From: a virus
Direction: 5' to 3' (one strand)
DNA: 64,000 nucleotides
Virus record (IMG/VR): IMGVR_UViG_3300031787_000065
Span: 15,387 to 79,386 of that record
The notes beneath the pieces are model-generated. The model ran no database searches, had not been told where the DNA came from, and worked only from the letters and a program-made list of their open reading frames with translations. Both the position numbers and the translations under genes were made by a program. This document shows, one piece after another, positions 39,010-49,022 of this stretch (positions within the stretch are counted from its first letter, which is position 1; every line of letters starts with the position of its first letter).

Positions 39010-39491
39010 TACACCCTTCTCCACATACAGGCAAAGTATCTGTCTTGTCTTAACCCCATAGGTGTATGCTCGCCCATTCTCTCAAATCTTAACTCTTTAT
39101 ACTCTTTAATATTTTTATGAACTATTAGTGATTTAGCATTAAGTACTAGTGGTAAATCTTTCATGAATCCTATCGTTTGAATAGAACCGTCTGGCACTTG
39201 TATGTTTCCGCCAACGCCAATCCACTGTCTAGCATCCCAATATACTTTTAGCTTAATATCTTTTAGTACTTCGACTTCTTTTACAATTTTATGTCCACGC
39301 TCATAATCACCACCTCGTACTCTGTGGGCATTAATAGAATTTTTCTCTGGCACATTATTGTCTGGATCAACAACTAGTTCTTCCACTTTATTTATAGATA
39401 CTAATTGACATGTTACTCCAAAAATATCAAAGGTGGAGTCTATTACATCATAGTATTTATCAAAAACACTTTCTGGAACATATACTGGCAT
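39009..39491 (-). CDS. Head closure/stopper-like protein
   Basis: 160-aa beta-rich protein in the neck block. Confidence 0.45.
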   Translation of the reverse strand: MPVYVPESVFDKYYDVIDSTFDIFGVTCQLVSINKVEELVVDPDNNVPEKNSINAHRVRGGDYERGHKIVKEVEVLKDIKLKVYWDARQWIGVGGNIQVPDGSIQTIGFMKDLPLVLNAKSLIVHKNIKEYKELRFERMGEHTPMGLRQDRYFACMWRRV

Positions 39492-39988
39492 TATATTGAT
39501 TCCAATTCTGAAATAGATGTAGCGCTGTGTATGGCGTGTTTCTTATTAGCATACTCAGCACTAAGGGTGGCTCTAGCACTTCCGTATTGTAACATTAAAG
39601 AAGTTAGTTCTTGAATGGTTAGCTGATGTGGTTCGCCAGCGGTATCAATAATACTAGTTGAATTAGTAAGCCCAGCGTCGGCAGCTTCTTTTGCTAATAT
39701 AAAAGCTCCAGTTAATAATGTAACATCTTGTGTGTCTAAGCCCAACTTCCAGCCTTCTGGAGTTTCCCACCCACTTGCGATACTGTTTTTCCAACCTTGT
39801 TCAAGTTCCTCTAGCTTATTGAACTTGGCTAACTGTAAATCTAAGCTATTAAGTATAGCATTTATTTGAAGATACTGCTCTGGAGTTGGAGTATCAATAT
39901 AATGTACTATTATAGAACCGTCATCTGCTGTTGATAGACCCTCAATAGGTACTATACTACTAATCATATTGTGTAAATAACTTATCAT
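39491..39988 (-). CDS. DUF4376-like fibre-associated protein
   Basis: Follows a fibre gene; IDTAG..LTIQEL..AIHSATSISELESI pattern of DUF4376/fibre chaperones. Confidence 0.6.
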   Translation of the reverse strand: MISYLHNMISSIVPIEGLSTADDGSIIVHYIDTPTPEQYLQINAILNSLDLQLAKFNKLEELEQGWKNSIASGWETPEGWKLGLDTQDVTLLTGAFILAKEAADAGLTNSTSIIDTAGEPHQLTIQELTSLMLQYGSARATLSAEYANKKHAIHSATSISELESI

Positions 39989-39991
39989 AAA

Positions 39992-41917
39992 TTAGCACTC
40001 CCAAGAGCCTTGAATACCACCAAAATAATCGCTAGCATTTGATCCAAACAGAGCGTATGCTGATGTGACGGCCCCATTGCCCTTTTCTAGTAAAGTATAA
40101 TAATGATATCCAAGACCAGGATTATCAAACAATGTTACTGATAGTTGTTCATTTGTAGCATCGTTGATATTTGATATTCTGGTTCCCATAAATGGCGCGC
40201 TAGTAGAATCTTTAGCAATAGCAAAGCTGTATAAAACAGTGGGACTAGTTTGGGCGGCTGTAAATAATACGCCAGCGTTTAGAGCTACGGAATTTGTAAA
40301 TAATCCTTGAACCACTTCTACTGGATAAGAGACTGCGTTTAGTAGTCTCCAAGATGTTCCATTATATGTCCAAGGGCCAGCAGAAGACAATATTCTTAAA
40401 GATCTATTTACTCTATTATACATATTCCAAACAAATCTTTTTGCTTGAGAGTCTTCTGTAGTATTACTTGTTGTGGCACGAATAGTTCCAAGATATCTTC
40501 GGCTTAAATTTCCAGAGAGAACATAAACGCCGTCCTGTGTGGATAAATTTGTAGCTCTTGTGGTATCAGTAGACCAAGCTGTGCCAAGCTCCAAAGTTAC
40601 AGTTCCATTATTATTATAAGCGAAAACGTCATAATTTTTCCCAGATGTCAAGCCGGTTAAAGATAAAAACGCTTGTGTAAAATCTAAAATGTCCCAACTT
40701 GCACTTGATGTATTATACAAACAAATAGAACTGCCAACGTATGGGGTATAGTAAACAATGCTAGATGTGGCGTCAGAGCTAGTTACTGGAGTATTAGAAG
40801 TCAACGTTAGTCTTCCTCCAACAATATTAGTTAACGCCTTATTAAAGCTCAATTTCTGAGGCGTAACAGAAGAGTTTGCTAATTTAGTAGAATTGATAGC
40901 ATTGGCATCAATCGTCCATGTAGTTCCAGTATTTGTAACTAATATATCTCCCTTATCTCCATCTGGAATTCCTTGATTAGCAGATAAAATACCAGACACA
41001 TCGTTGATCTTTGTGTTTAATAACCCAGAAACTGACACTATGGCAGAATTTGTAGTGCCAATTAATGTAACAATCTTGTTATTAAGTATGCCAGACAAAG
41101 ATGATATACCGGGAACATCGTCTATAGTTAATTGTCTAAATGTTGGATACGCTGGAGAACATGGAGCAACGCACCCGCTTGGTGGACCAGCAAGGACTAA
41201 TCCAGCGTTTTGTGGTTTAAATAGAATGTATTGGTTAGCCACGCCGCTAAGATCAAATACGGCACTAGTACCAGTAAGTTGACCAATTTTCCCTTCGCTA
41301 AGAGCTTGACTATCTAATTTGTTCTTTTCGTAATGACTAAACTGAACGCCACCAGCATAATCATTATTTGGAGGAAAATATATGCCAGAACTTCCAACCA
41401 TAAAGCCAGAAGCTTTAACGACTGATTCTGGACCACTACCACCAAGATGAATCCCGTAGTCTGGAGTTGGATGGTTAACGCCTAGTCTTTTGAATGTCTT
41501 GTCCCAAACTATAGATGAATCATAATCTAAAGTATTACTAGATGACCAGAAAGCAATACCATTTTGAGAAGGTGTGCTTAAGCCGTCTATACCAGAACCC
41601 ATATATACAGCGTGGGTTGCTGGATATGTAACAAAGACTTCCTTTACGCCCTCTGGAAAGTCTACTCTATTATTGCTATTGGAACTTTTTAGTGGGAATC
41701 TAACGATATAGTTAATTGGGCCGGTTTTGAATAATCCAGAACCAATCTCATATCTTGATCCATCAGTAACTGCGTAAAATAAAGAATCATTATTAGAATA
41801 AGATGAACCAAAGGAGCTAAATCCGGCAACTGCCCCATTTAGGGAAAAGTTACCGGTCCCCATTGTATAACTGATTTCTTTTATTCTATCAGATATTTTT
41901 ATTTTGTTCTGGGACAT
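39992..41917 (-). CDS. Fibre protein
   Basis: DRIKE..GTG..YEIGSG N-terminal anchor, coiled segment, GDKGD and VTxxKL repeats, GGRLTL C-terminal domain. Confidence 0.7.
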   Translation of the reverse strand: MSQNKIKISDRIKEISYTMGTGNFSLNGAVAGFSSFGSSYSNNDSLFYAVTDGSRYEIGSGLFKTGPINYIVRFPLKSSNSNNRVDFPEGVKEVFVTYPATHAVYMGSGIDGLSTPSQNGIAFWSSSNTLDYDSSIVWDKTFKRLGVNHPTPDYGIHLGGSGPESVVKASGFMVGSSGIYFPPNNDYAGGVQFSHYEKNKLDSQALSEGKIGQLTGTSAVFDLSGVANQYILFKPQNAGLVLAGPPSGCVAPCSPAYPTFRQLTIDDVPGISSLSGILNNKIVTLIGTTNSAIVSVSGLLNTKINDVSGILSANQGIPDGDKGDILVTNTGTTWTIDANAINSTKLANSSVTPQKLSFNKALTNIVGGRLTLTSNTPVTSSDATSSIVYYTPYVGSSICLYNTSSASWDILDFTQAFLSLTGLTSGKNYDVFAYNNNGTVTLELGTAWSTDTTRATNLSTQDGVYVLSGNLSRRYLGTIRATTSNTTEDSQAKRFVWNMYNRVNRSLRILSSAGPWTYNGTSWRLLNAVSYPVEVVQGLFTNSVALNAGVLFTAAQTSPTVLYSFAIAKDSTSAPFMGTRISNINDATNEQLSVTLFDNPGLGYHYYTLLEKGNGAVTSAYALFGSNASDYFGGIQGSWEC

Positions 41918-41935
41918 AATATACTCCTAACAGGA

Positions 41936-42874
41936 TTAAAGAACAGTTACTACTGGTGGCACTCCGCTAGATTCATTAGGAGCTAATCCGTATACTACAA
42001 TGTCATTAAGTGCGGCATCTACGAACTGATTGCCGTCATTTAGAACGCAGAACGTCATATTTCTAAGAACAGAAGCGTCATCGCCATTTCTAGCAACAAT
42101 GCCCACTGTATTTAGATCAAAATCTTCTGGACTGTTAGAAGTGCCTCTAGAATTACTATTACCCAGTGCTACATAATTATTGCTTCTTAAAATGCCAGAA
42201 TTAAATATTACTTTAAATTTACCAACACCTATTTTCTGTAATTCTTTTACATTATAAGATGAGTATACTTGTGGAGAACCGTCTACTCCACTAGCATCAA
42301 AGCTTATCCAAGCCTTGGCTACACCTTTTGCCGTAGACATTACAGAGTTATCTGTATTAAAAACAAATCTTGTATTAGAACCTACTTTGACTTGCTCTAC
42401 TATGCCAGTATTAGTGGTTTGAGTTTGAAATTGAAGCCCCCTATTACTACTACTAACAATGTCTGAAGCTCCACTAGAGTTTATCCAATTGTTACCAAGT
42501 CCAAGGTTGGCAGACATTACTCTTACGCCATTTAGTGGTAAATATTGTAAGTGTGGATCCCCTACGGCTAATCCTCCCAACTGATTATGCTGAATACTTC
42601 CTGGACCTGGATAAGGCTCATACTGAATTCCAGGAGTCTCTGCATTTGGAAAACTAATACCAGATCCTGCTATAATTAGCTTCTGAAATCTAACATTGCT
42701 TCCAGTAAATGGTGTGGACACATCAAAGTCTCCACTAGCTACAATTTGATTTATAGAATCAACAAGGTCTTCCATGTTATGACGAACATCATAAGCTGAT
42801 ATAAGACCGGCGTTATTATCGGCCAATTCACCTTGAATATTAGCCTTAATCTGTGCTTGTGATAAAATAGCCAT
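41936..42874 (-). CDS. Fibre/whisker protein (paralogous N-terminus to 43476-46685)
   Basis: HNQLGGLAVGDPHLQYL fibre motif; AKAWISFD..SYNV..GVGKF C-terminal domain. Confidence 0.6.
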   Translation of the reverse strand: MAILSQAQIKANIQGELADNNAGLISAYDVRHNMEDLVDSINQIVASGDFDVSTPFTGSNVRFQKLIIAGSGISFPNAETPGIQYEPYPGPGSIQHNQLGGLAVGDPHLQYLPLNGVRVMSANLGLGNNWINSSGASDIVSSSNRGLQFQTQTTNTGIVEQVKVGSNTRFVFNTDNSVMSTAKGVAKAWISFDASGVDGSPQVYSSYNVKELQKIGVGKFKVIFNSGILRSNNYVALGNSNSRGTSNSPEDFDLNTVGIVARNGDDASVLRNMTFCVLNDGNQFVDAALNDIVVYGLAPNESSGVPPVVTVL

Positions 42875-42885
42875 TTAATCCTCCA

Positions 42886-43392
42886 TTAGTATCTAAAATA
42901 ATTGCTTCTAAAATCGTGATCTGAATTTGTACGTGTCACATAGTCACTTCCGGGAGAATATGGACCAAGAATAGCCTGACCGGTAGAGCCGTGATATCCG
43001 TAGTCAGAAACTAAATCGTCGTATTTCTTGGATATATCTTGATATAATGCTAATAAAGTCGAAGAAACTCCCCTCAAGTCTATAGCAGATGGTCCGTCTT
43101 TAATAGATATAGCATTTGAAGCCTCAGTTTTGACCTCTCCACCTAATATTACTACAGCAGTTTTTAATACTAGTAAATTCATAAAATAATCATCAGATAT
43201 TGGGTCTGGAGAAATCGTGCGCTCAATCACATTAATGCTGTACTGATTATTAAAATCAAGTTCTAATACTACAAGTTTAGCTGCTACTAAAACGGCAGAA
43301 TCTATTCTATCGTCTGTGTACTTATAATTTGACGAATCTACGTCATTTATAAGGTGTCTGACCATTATGTTAGCTTGTTCTTGCCACTGCAT
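42886..43392 (-). CDS. Head-tail adaptor-like protein
   Basis: VRHLIND..YTDDRI N-terminus typical of gp6/gp15-like adaptors; position. Confidence 0.55.
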   Translation of the reverse strand: MQWQEQANIMVRHLINDVDSSNYKYTDDRIDSAVLVAAKLVVLELDFNNQYSINVIERTISPDPISDDYFMNLLVLKTAVVILGGEVKTEASNAISIKDGPSAIDLRGVSSTLLALYQDISKKYDDLVSDYGYHGSTGQAILGPYSPGSDYVTRTNSDHDFRSNYFRY

Positions 43393-43430
43393 ATAAAATT
43401 CCCGTTAAAATATGTGGAAATCCATATAAG

Positions 43431-43438
43431 TATACACT
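43431..43438 (-). promoter_or_regulatory. Putative late promoter AGTGTATA
   Basis: 39 bp upstream of ATG 43392. Confidence 0.6.
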
Positions 43439-43475
43439 CAATCCCTATCGCTCTCTCTTGGAGTCCACATAGTTA

Positions 43476-46400
43476 TTAATTGCCAAAGTTGGGACAGGGC
43501 GCACTTTGTGTGCTAACCCATACCGGTCTATATTCATTATTTATTTTGATAGCTATTACGTAATCTCCAGCACTAATATGTAAGGTTTTATCTCTATTTA
43601 CAAGATTTATAGTACCAACATCGTACCAATGAGAATCCCTTACAATAAGATTTCCAGAGGTTGGAACTGATGGGTCTTGTGGCGAGGATATATCTCTAGA
43701 AACATTTCCTTCAATAAAAATAGAACTGAGAACACTGTTTATAGTAGAGATTTGACCACTAACTGTTGCAACTTGAGCATTCAGATTAGTTATTTGAGAA
43801 GAAGAATCTAAAGAAGTTCCATCACTGAATCTAACTGAGCCTAGTAGTCTTAAATCTCCACGAAGATCTGCGTGTGGAATGTCATTACTATCGGAGTTAT
43901 AGTTTGGAGTCTTGCTAAGCGGTGCAACGTGATGCTTAAGTGTTAAAAGATCAGCCGAAGAATTACCCTTAAATCTAAAGGATAACGTATTGTCTGGGTA
44001 ATTATTGCCACTAAAGTCTTGAACCTCTATAATATTAGCTCTAAGACCAAGGGCATCGGCATTAGTATTGTCAAATATATTTAATTTACCGCCGCTTGGT
44101 AAAGACAACTGTTTATCTTGATCGGTTGGGCCTAGGGTTCCTTGTAGTAATACCAGATTATGTTGCGCACCTAGAATAAAGTTGTAGTTTCCACTAGTAT
44201 TATTTCCTATAGAATTGTTACCTATTACAATATTATGACTTGCACTATTTATAGTGTTATTGAATCCACTGTTACCAATAACTATATTATTAGATCCAGT
44301 TGATATACTTCTAGCTGAATATGGACCAATTATCGTATTATTAGATCCAGTTATTAGCCCGCTTGCAGCATGTGAACCTATCGCGATATTAAAATCGCCA
44401 TTAGAGATAGAATATAATGATCTATGTCCTAAAGTCGTGTTACCATTAGCTCCAGATAAAATCCTAGTTCGTGGAGATTGTAAGCCGCCAAAAGTATTCT
44501 CAAAATTATCAGTGAATAACAGTCTAGCATCGTTAACGTCAAACTTATTTATAATAAGATCATGAGTATTACCGCTGCCGTCCATAAAGAATACAGACTG
44601 AGCTTGATAATCTGCAATTTTAGGTTTTACAAAAAGCTTACCGTATGTGCTTGTGGCAGTTGGTGAACCGCTATAATCTTTCAAACTAATTGCGGCTGTG
44701 TTTCTAAAGTTATCACCAAGCGTGAGCATGGCATTTGATGTGCCGCTACTGGTAAATAGTCCAACTGTATTGTTATCATACAGCCTAAAGAATACTTGCT
44801 TGCCAGAATCTTTGTATATACTTAGATCTGCAACGCCGCTAGTATTTAAATAAGCAATTTCTATACCATTATATTCATAGCTTTGTTCGCCAAACAACTG
44901 TAAGGCAGCAATAGTTTTACTCTGGTTTTCTGCCGTGGCTCTAATAATGGCGTTACCAGTTGTGCGAATATCCAAGGCGGTTTTTGGAACTATATTTTCT
45001 GATAATACTCCAAGACCATTAATTCCAAAAATACCTTGAGAACCGTCCTTCATTAAGGATATGGTATTAAACATGTTAGAAGAATTATTGTATGATCCAA
45101 TAACAAATCTGTCAGATGGTATAGACAAGTTTTGTGAGCTTGTATCAATAAATTTTAATTCAAAGCCCGTAAGAATGTCTTTATTATTATTGAGAGAATC
45201 TTTAACTCTTCGCTTAGCGCCAGTAATCATTCTTGTGGATACGCTGACGCCAGATTCTAAGGACGCTATTGAGGTCACATAGTCATTAATAATACCAGAA
45301 TTAGAAATAAAGTTTACGTTTCCAAGTCCCGCGATATTACCACTAGAACTAGAAGGTCTAGCGTCTAGTATATTTTTTCTTCCAATATATGTATTTCCGC
45401 CATCAAAAAATAGCCCGTGACAGTTATTATCATAGCTAACTATTCGATTAGTTCTTAGGTATGCTCCAGAATCAATAGCTAATGTAGTATTAGTATACCA
45501 TGAAGCTTGGGCATAACCGTTAGTATCGCACTGTAAACCAGAAGATGGTGGTAAGAATGTGAATCTATAATCTCTGCGATAACCAGTACCGCTTGTGCTT
45601 GCTATGATGCCAGCACCAAGCATTTGTTCATCAGTTATTAGAGAGCATTCATAAATTAATGGAGACTGATAAGCATAGTCATATATACTTGTTGGACCAC
45701 CGCCATCAAGAGTTTCTACAACTCCGCTAGAGGCAAGATGGATTGTTTTACAATAATATTCACAGGTTTCATAAGCATTAAATCTATTAAAAGTAGCAAC
45801 GCCATTAACTACAATATTATCAAAGTATCCACCAGACCAAGGTTGGCTTAATGTTCCAATACTTGAATTGTTATTGTTACTGACTATATTAGTATTGGTT
45901 ATAATATTTTCGTCGGCAGATAGATAAACACCGCTATTAAAAGATATATAGTTGGTATGTAAATTATTCCACCTATAACTAGAGTTACCTAGACTGCTAA
46001 TATTTCCAGATGATGGAGTGATATCACCATTAACCTCTAGAGTTCCGTTAGAGTTTAGAGTATTGGTATTGATACCAACTTTCTTAGCACCAAAATCTCC
46101 ATATAATAATGGTACTAATCCAGAACCATTAGGATTAGAGCATATGTAAGAGTCATCAACGGGGTGAGAGGCTATAAATAATTTATTAGAAGTAAATCTA
46201 TCAACATAGTATCCTGCGCCATGTCCGATAGCAACATTAAAGTTACCGATCTTATTATTTATTAAAGAGTAATTGCCAAGACCAACATTACCAAAACCGT
46301 TAGTATTGCCACCAAGAGCGTTATATCCAACAGCCGCATTATCTTCACCATACACGTTGCATGATAATGAATGAGAACCTACCGCTGTATTTCTGGAGCC

Positions 46401-46685
46401 TTGATAGTTAGATTTAAGAGAAGCGAAACCAAAAGCAGAATTATCTATACTAAAATAACCATTTAAAGATAAATTTTCTATAGTATAATGCCCAGCCCTA
46501 GTGGTTCTAGTGGCGGGAGAAGAAAAGTTATTAGTATCTAACTCATTGTTTTGAAGTAATACAGCTACTGAATCTATAATATCTAACAGATTATGACGTA
46601 TATCGTATGGCGATATTTGTCCAGTAGAATTATCAGATAGCTCAGTAAGTATGTTCTCAACAAGTTGGGACTTGCTTAAAATCAT
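43476..46685 (-). CDS. Long fibre protein with YadA/Hep-Hag-like NxAxG beta-roll repeats
   Basis: Two blocks of 17-residue NTAVG/NVAIG/NIVIG repeats, KVGIN..LEVNG motifs and a coiled C-terminus. Confidence 0.7.
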   Translation of the reverse strand: MILSKSQLVENILTELSDNSTGQISPYDIRHNLLDIIDSVAVLLQNNELDTNNFSSPATRTTRAGHYTIENLSLNGYFSIDNSAFGFASLKSNYQGSRNTAVGSHSLSCNVYGEDNAAVGYNALGGNTNGFGNVGLGNYSLINNKIGNFNVAIGHGAGYYVDRFTSNKLFIASHPVDDSYICSNPNGSGLVPLLYGDFGAKKVGINTNTLNSNGTLEVNGDITPSSGNISSLGNSSYRWNNLHTNYISFNSGVYLSADENIITNTNIVSNNNNSSIGTLSQPWSGGYFDNIVVNGVATFNRFNAYETCEYYCKTIHLASSGVVETLDGGGPTSIYDYAYQSPLIYECSLITDEQMLGAGIIASTSGTGYRRDYRFTFLPPSSGLQCDTNGYAQASWYTNTTLAIDSGAYLRTNRIVSYDNNCHGLFFDGGNTYIGRKNILDARPSSSSGNIAGLGNVNFISNSGIINDYVTSIASLESGVSVSTRMITGAKRRVKDSLNNNKDILTGFELKFIDTSSQNLSIPSDRFVIGSYNNSSNMFNTISLMKDGSQGIFGINGLGVLSENIVPKTALDIRTTGNAIIRATAENQSKTIAALQLFGEQSYEYNGIEIAYLNTSGVADLSIYKDSGKQVFFRLYDNNTVGLFTSSGTSNAMLTLGDNFRNTAAISLKDYSGSPTATSTYGKLFVKPKIADYQAQSVFFMDGSGNTHDLIINKFDVNDARLLFTDNFENTFGGLQSPRTRILSGANGNTTLGHRSLYSISNGDFNIAIGSHAASGLITGSNNTIIGPYSARSISTGSNNIVIGNSGFNNTINSASHNIVIGNNSIGNNTSGNYNFILGAQHNLVLLQGTLGPTDQDKQLSLPSGGKLNIFDNTNADALGLRANIIEVQDFSGNNYPDNTLSFRFKGNSSADLLTLKHHVAPLSKTPNYNSDSNDIPHADLRGDLRLLGSVRFSDGTSLDSSSQITNLNAQVATVSGQISTINSVLSSIFIEGNVSRDISSPQDPSVPTSGNLIVRDSHWYDVGTINLVNRDKTLHISAGDYVIAIKINNEYRPVWVSTQSAPCPNFGN

Positions 46686-46686
46686 T

Positions 46687-47379
46687 CTACTTTAAACTTA
46701 TTTCTAAAGAATTAATGTCGAACTTAATATTATCGCCAGTATAAATATATCGTGGATTTTCTATCTTTGCATACATTAATAAATTACCAGAACCATAATT
46801 AGCAGTATCTACAATGGCTATGCCAGAAACCCATCCCCAATCTGTTAGGGCGGTATCAAATACTATCTGAGAAGAATTCTTTATAAATCCATTTCCATCA
46901 TACTTAGCATAACCGGGATCGCCACTCATTGCTGTTTGCTGTAGGTTTGTTGGGGCGTGGAATGTTACATTGGGAAATTCTCTAAATCTATATGATTGAG
47001 TAAATCCATTAGAGGCTGTTAACGCCGTAGACTGATTTAAATAGAGTGGGTAGAAATAACCGCTTTGACCAACGGTTGCTCCAGACGAACTTGTTCCATA
47101 AACAGAGAAAACTGTAGTATCATCTACTCCAACAGCATTCCAGACATTATTACCAGCAGTAGCTGGATTACCTAAATTAATTCTTTTATAGTTTGTTGTA
47201 ACGAAATTGGTTCCTCTGTTGACGCCAGAGGGTAATTCTGGTATAGTAGAACCAGAATCTGAATCTAGTGGAACGCCACTAGTAAGAGCAATTGCAATAG
47301 TAGAGGGTCTATTAAACGCTGTATTTCTAAAGATATGATTAAGTAGACCCGACTCCAAATAATCCGATAATGCTGCCAT
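46687..47379 (-). CDS. Virion structural protein
   Basis: LSDYLE..LLNH and WGWVSGIAIVD..GNLL motifs common in phage minor structural proteins. Confidence 0.6.
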   Translation of the reverse strand: MAALSDYLESGLLNHIFRNTAFNRPSTIAIALTSGVPLDSDSGSTIPELPSGVNRGTNFVTTNYKRINLGNPATAGNNVWNAVGVDDTTVFSVYGTSSSGATVGQSGYFYPLYLNQSTALTASNGFTQSYRFREFPNVTFHAPTNLQQTAMSGDPGYAKYDGNGFIKNSSQIVFDTALTDWGWVSGIAIVDTANYGSGNLLMYAKIENPRYIYTGDNIKFDINSLEISLK

Positions 47380-47422
47380 AATTTTCTCCTAATTAGAGTC
47401 GCATAGACTTCTTCTAGTTTAG

Positions 47423-47430
47423 TATACACG
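47423..47430 (-). promoter_or_regulatory. Putative late promoter CGTGTATA
   Basis: Abuts the U-tract of the MCP terminator; 44 bp upstream of ATG 47379. Confidence 0.65.
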
Positions 47431-47462
47431 AAAAAAGCCACCCCCAATAAAATGAGGGTGGC
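47431..47462 (-). terminator. Intrinsic terminator after the MCP gene
   Basis: Minus strand reads GCCACCCTCA-ttttat-TGGGGGTGGC-TTTTTT. Confidence 0.85.
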
Positions 47463-47494
47463 CTTAATCTGATTTCTAGAACTCTAATCTTAGA

Positions 47495-48502
47495 TTAGAA
47501 AGAACCTAGAATTACTCTTCGGTTATCAAGAACACCGAAACCAAGTTCTGACCAACCGTAGTAGCCAGCGCGCTGCTGACGGTGTAGGGTTGGATCTTCG
47601 AATACTTGGAGTTGCTCCTTAACGGGCATTACGAAACTATCACTGGTTGACTGGTCAAGACCAACAACGAGTTCTAGATCGCTAGACTGTAGAGCGCCAC
47701 CGAGATCCGATGTTACGAAGTTCTGATATTCCTGACCTTCGCCTAGTTCGTCAAGATCATGAAGATTGACGCCGAAGATTCTTGTGATTACAGCGCTACC
47801 TGGAGCAGCGGTGTAAATTTCTCTTCGTGTTACTTCATCAACTTGGTCTAGACCCCAGTTACGAACATCTTCTAGAGCTTCTGGACTAACGTAGAGGTCA
47901 GTTAAACGACCACGGCCCACAGAAGCACTATTACCACCAGAGTTACGACGCATTACGGTCTGCATAAGAGAAACTAGTCTCTTGCTGAAAAGACCGGCTG
48001 TAGCATCAGCGTCATAAACGAGGATGTTACGATCAACGCCAGCAGCTAGAAGTGTGTGCCAGCCATCATCGTTCATCTTCTTTGTAAAACCGGCTTCCAT
48101 GACCTGCATGGCGCGACCAACGATATCCCATCTGGCTTCGCGAGCATAGCGAAGTAGATAGTCTACAGAAGATGTGATGCTATATGTTGGGATCATCACA
48201 TAATCGCTCTCAACAGATCTTTCTGGAATTCTACCGTGGCCAGGATTGGTGTAAGCGACATGCTCACCCTCAAGGCCGGGAGAAACTAGATCAAGAGGAT
48301 ACTCTGTTGTAGAACCGGCTTCAACATTAATGGTTTCGAAAATGTTACCAAGAATGTTACCAACGAGAACGCCCTTACGAAGGGGTAGTTCTAGAGCCTT
48401 GGCAAACTCATGCTGAGCAGCCGCAGCAACATTCACATCGGCATCCCCTGACTTACGTAGGAGAGCGATAAACTCATCGCTAGGTCTTTTATTAATTGGC
48501 AT
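47495..48502 (-). CDS. Major capsid protein (HK97 fold)
   Basis: 335 aa; order portal-protease-decoration-MCP; strong AAGGAG SD; followed by a terminator. Confidence 0.85.
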   Translation of the reverse strand: MPINKRPSDEFIALLRKSGDADVNVAAAAQHEFAKALELPLRKGVLVGNILGNIFETINVEAGSTTEYPLDLVSPGLEGEHVAYTNPGHGRIPERSVESDYVMIPTYSITSSVDYLLRYAREARWDIVGRAMQVMEAGFTKKMNDDGWHTLLAAGVDRNILVYDADATAGLFSKRLVSLMQTVMRRNSGGNSASVGRGRLTDLYVSPEALEDVRNWGLDQVDEVTRREIYTAAPGSAVITRIFGVNLHDLDELGEGQEYQNFVTSDLGGALQSSDLELVVGLDQSTSDSFVMPVKEQLQVFEDPTLHRQQRAGYYGWSELGFGVLDNRRVILGSF

Positions 48503-48531
48503 GTTTAAATCTCCTTTGTTTAATTTATTAG

Positions 48532-49002
48532 TCAGGGAAGGTTAACTTCTACTTTGGCATAACCGTCTTCATCCTTTGTTGAAAGGAAACGGCCAACCAT
48601 TAGTACGCCAGAACTGCCTGGACTATCTACTCTTAGATTGCCAGCATTTACGTGGCAAGCATAGGCAGGGTCACCAGCATTTACGGTCGAACTTGTAATA
48701 TTATTTGTTACAACATAACCCTTTCGGAGTACTGTAACCTTGCCACCCTTTTGTACCTCGTCCTTGTAGACATTGAGGTGTGTTCGGGTTAGATCCTTAT
48801 TTACAACGTCGTTAAGTAGAATACCTACTGGGCGACTAGCCGATGTTGCTGCCGCGTACTTCACAAGGTTGACACCTTGATCCATAGCTGCGCCAGAACC
48901 GGCTGTATCATGTACAACTACGCCACCGCGAGTAGCAGTGCCTTCATTGTAAAAGAAACTGATATCAGTTTGAAACTCATATCTATCTGATTTTAGAGCC
49001 AT
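48532..49002 (-). CDS. Capsid decoration/cement protein
   Basis: 156 aa, PVGILL..KVTVLRKG beta-tulip-like pattern; immediately upstream of the MCP. Confidence 0.7.
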   Translation of the reverse strand: MALKSDRYEFQTDISFFYNEGTATRGGVVVHDTAGSGAAMDQGVNLVKYAAATSASRPVGILLNDVVNKDLTRTHLNVYKDEVQKGGKVTVLRKGYVVTNNITSSTVNAGDPAYACHVNAGNLRVDSPGSSGVLMVGRFLSTKDEDGYAKVEVNLP

Positions 49003-49022
49003 AGTTTTTTCTCCTGTTTAAA

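Noticed and set aside
43411-43471. TATGTGGA/TCCACATA inverted repeats around a late motif
   Set aside because: They are short, AT-rich and single-locus, with no U-tract; they cannot be distinguished from chance.
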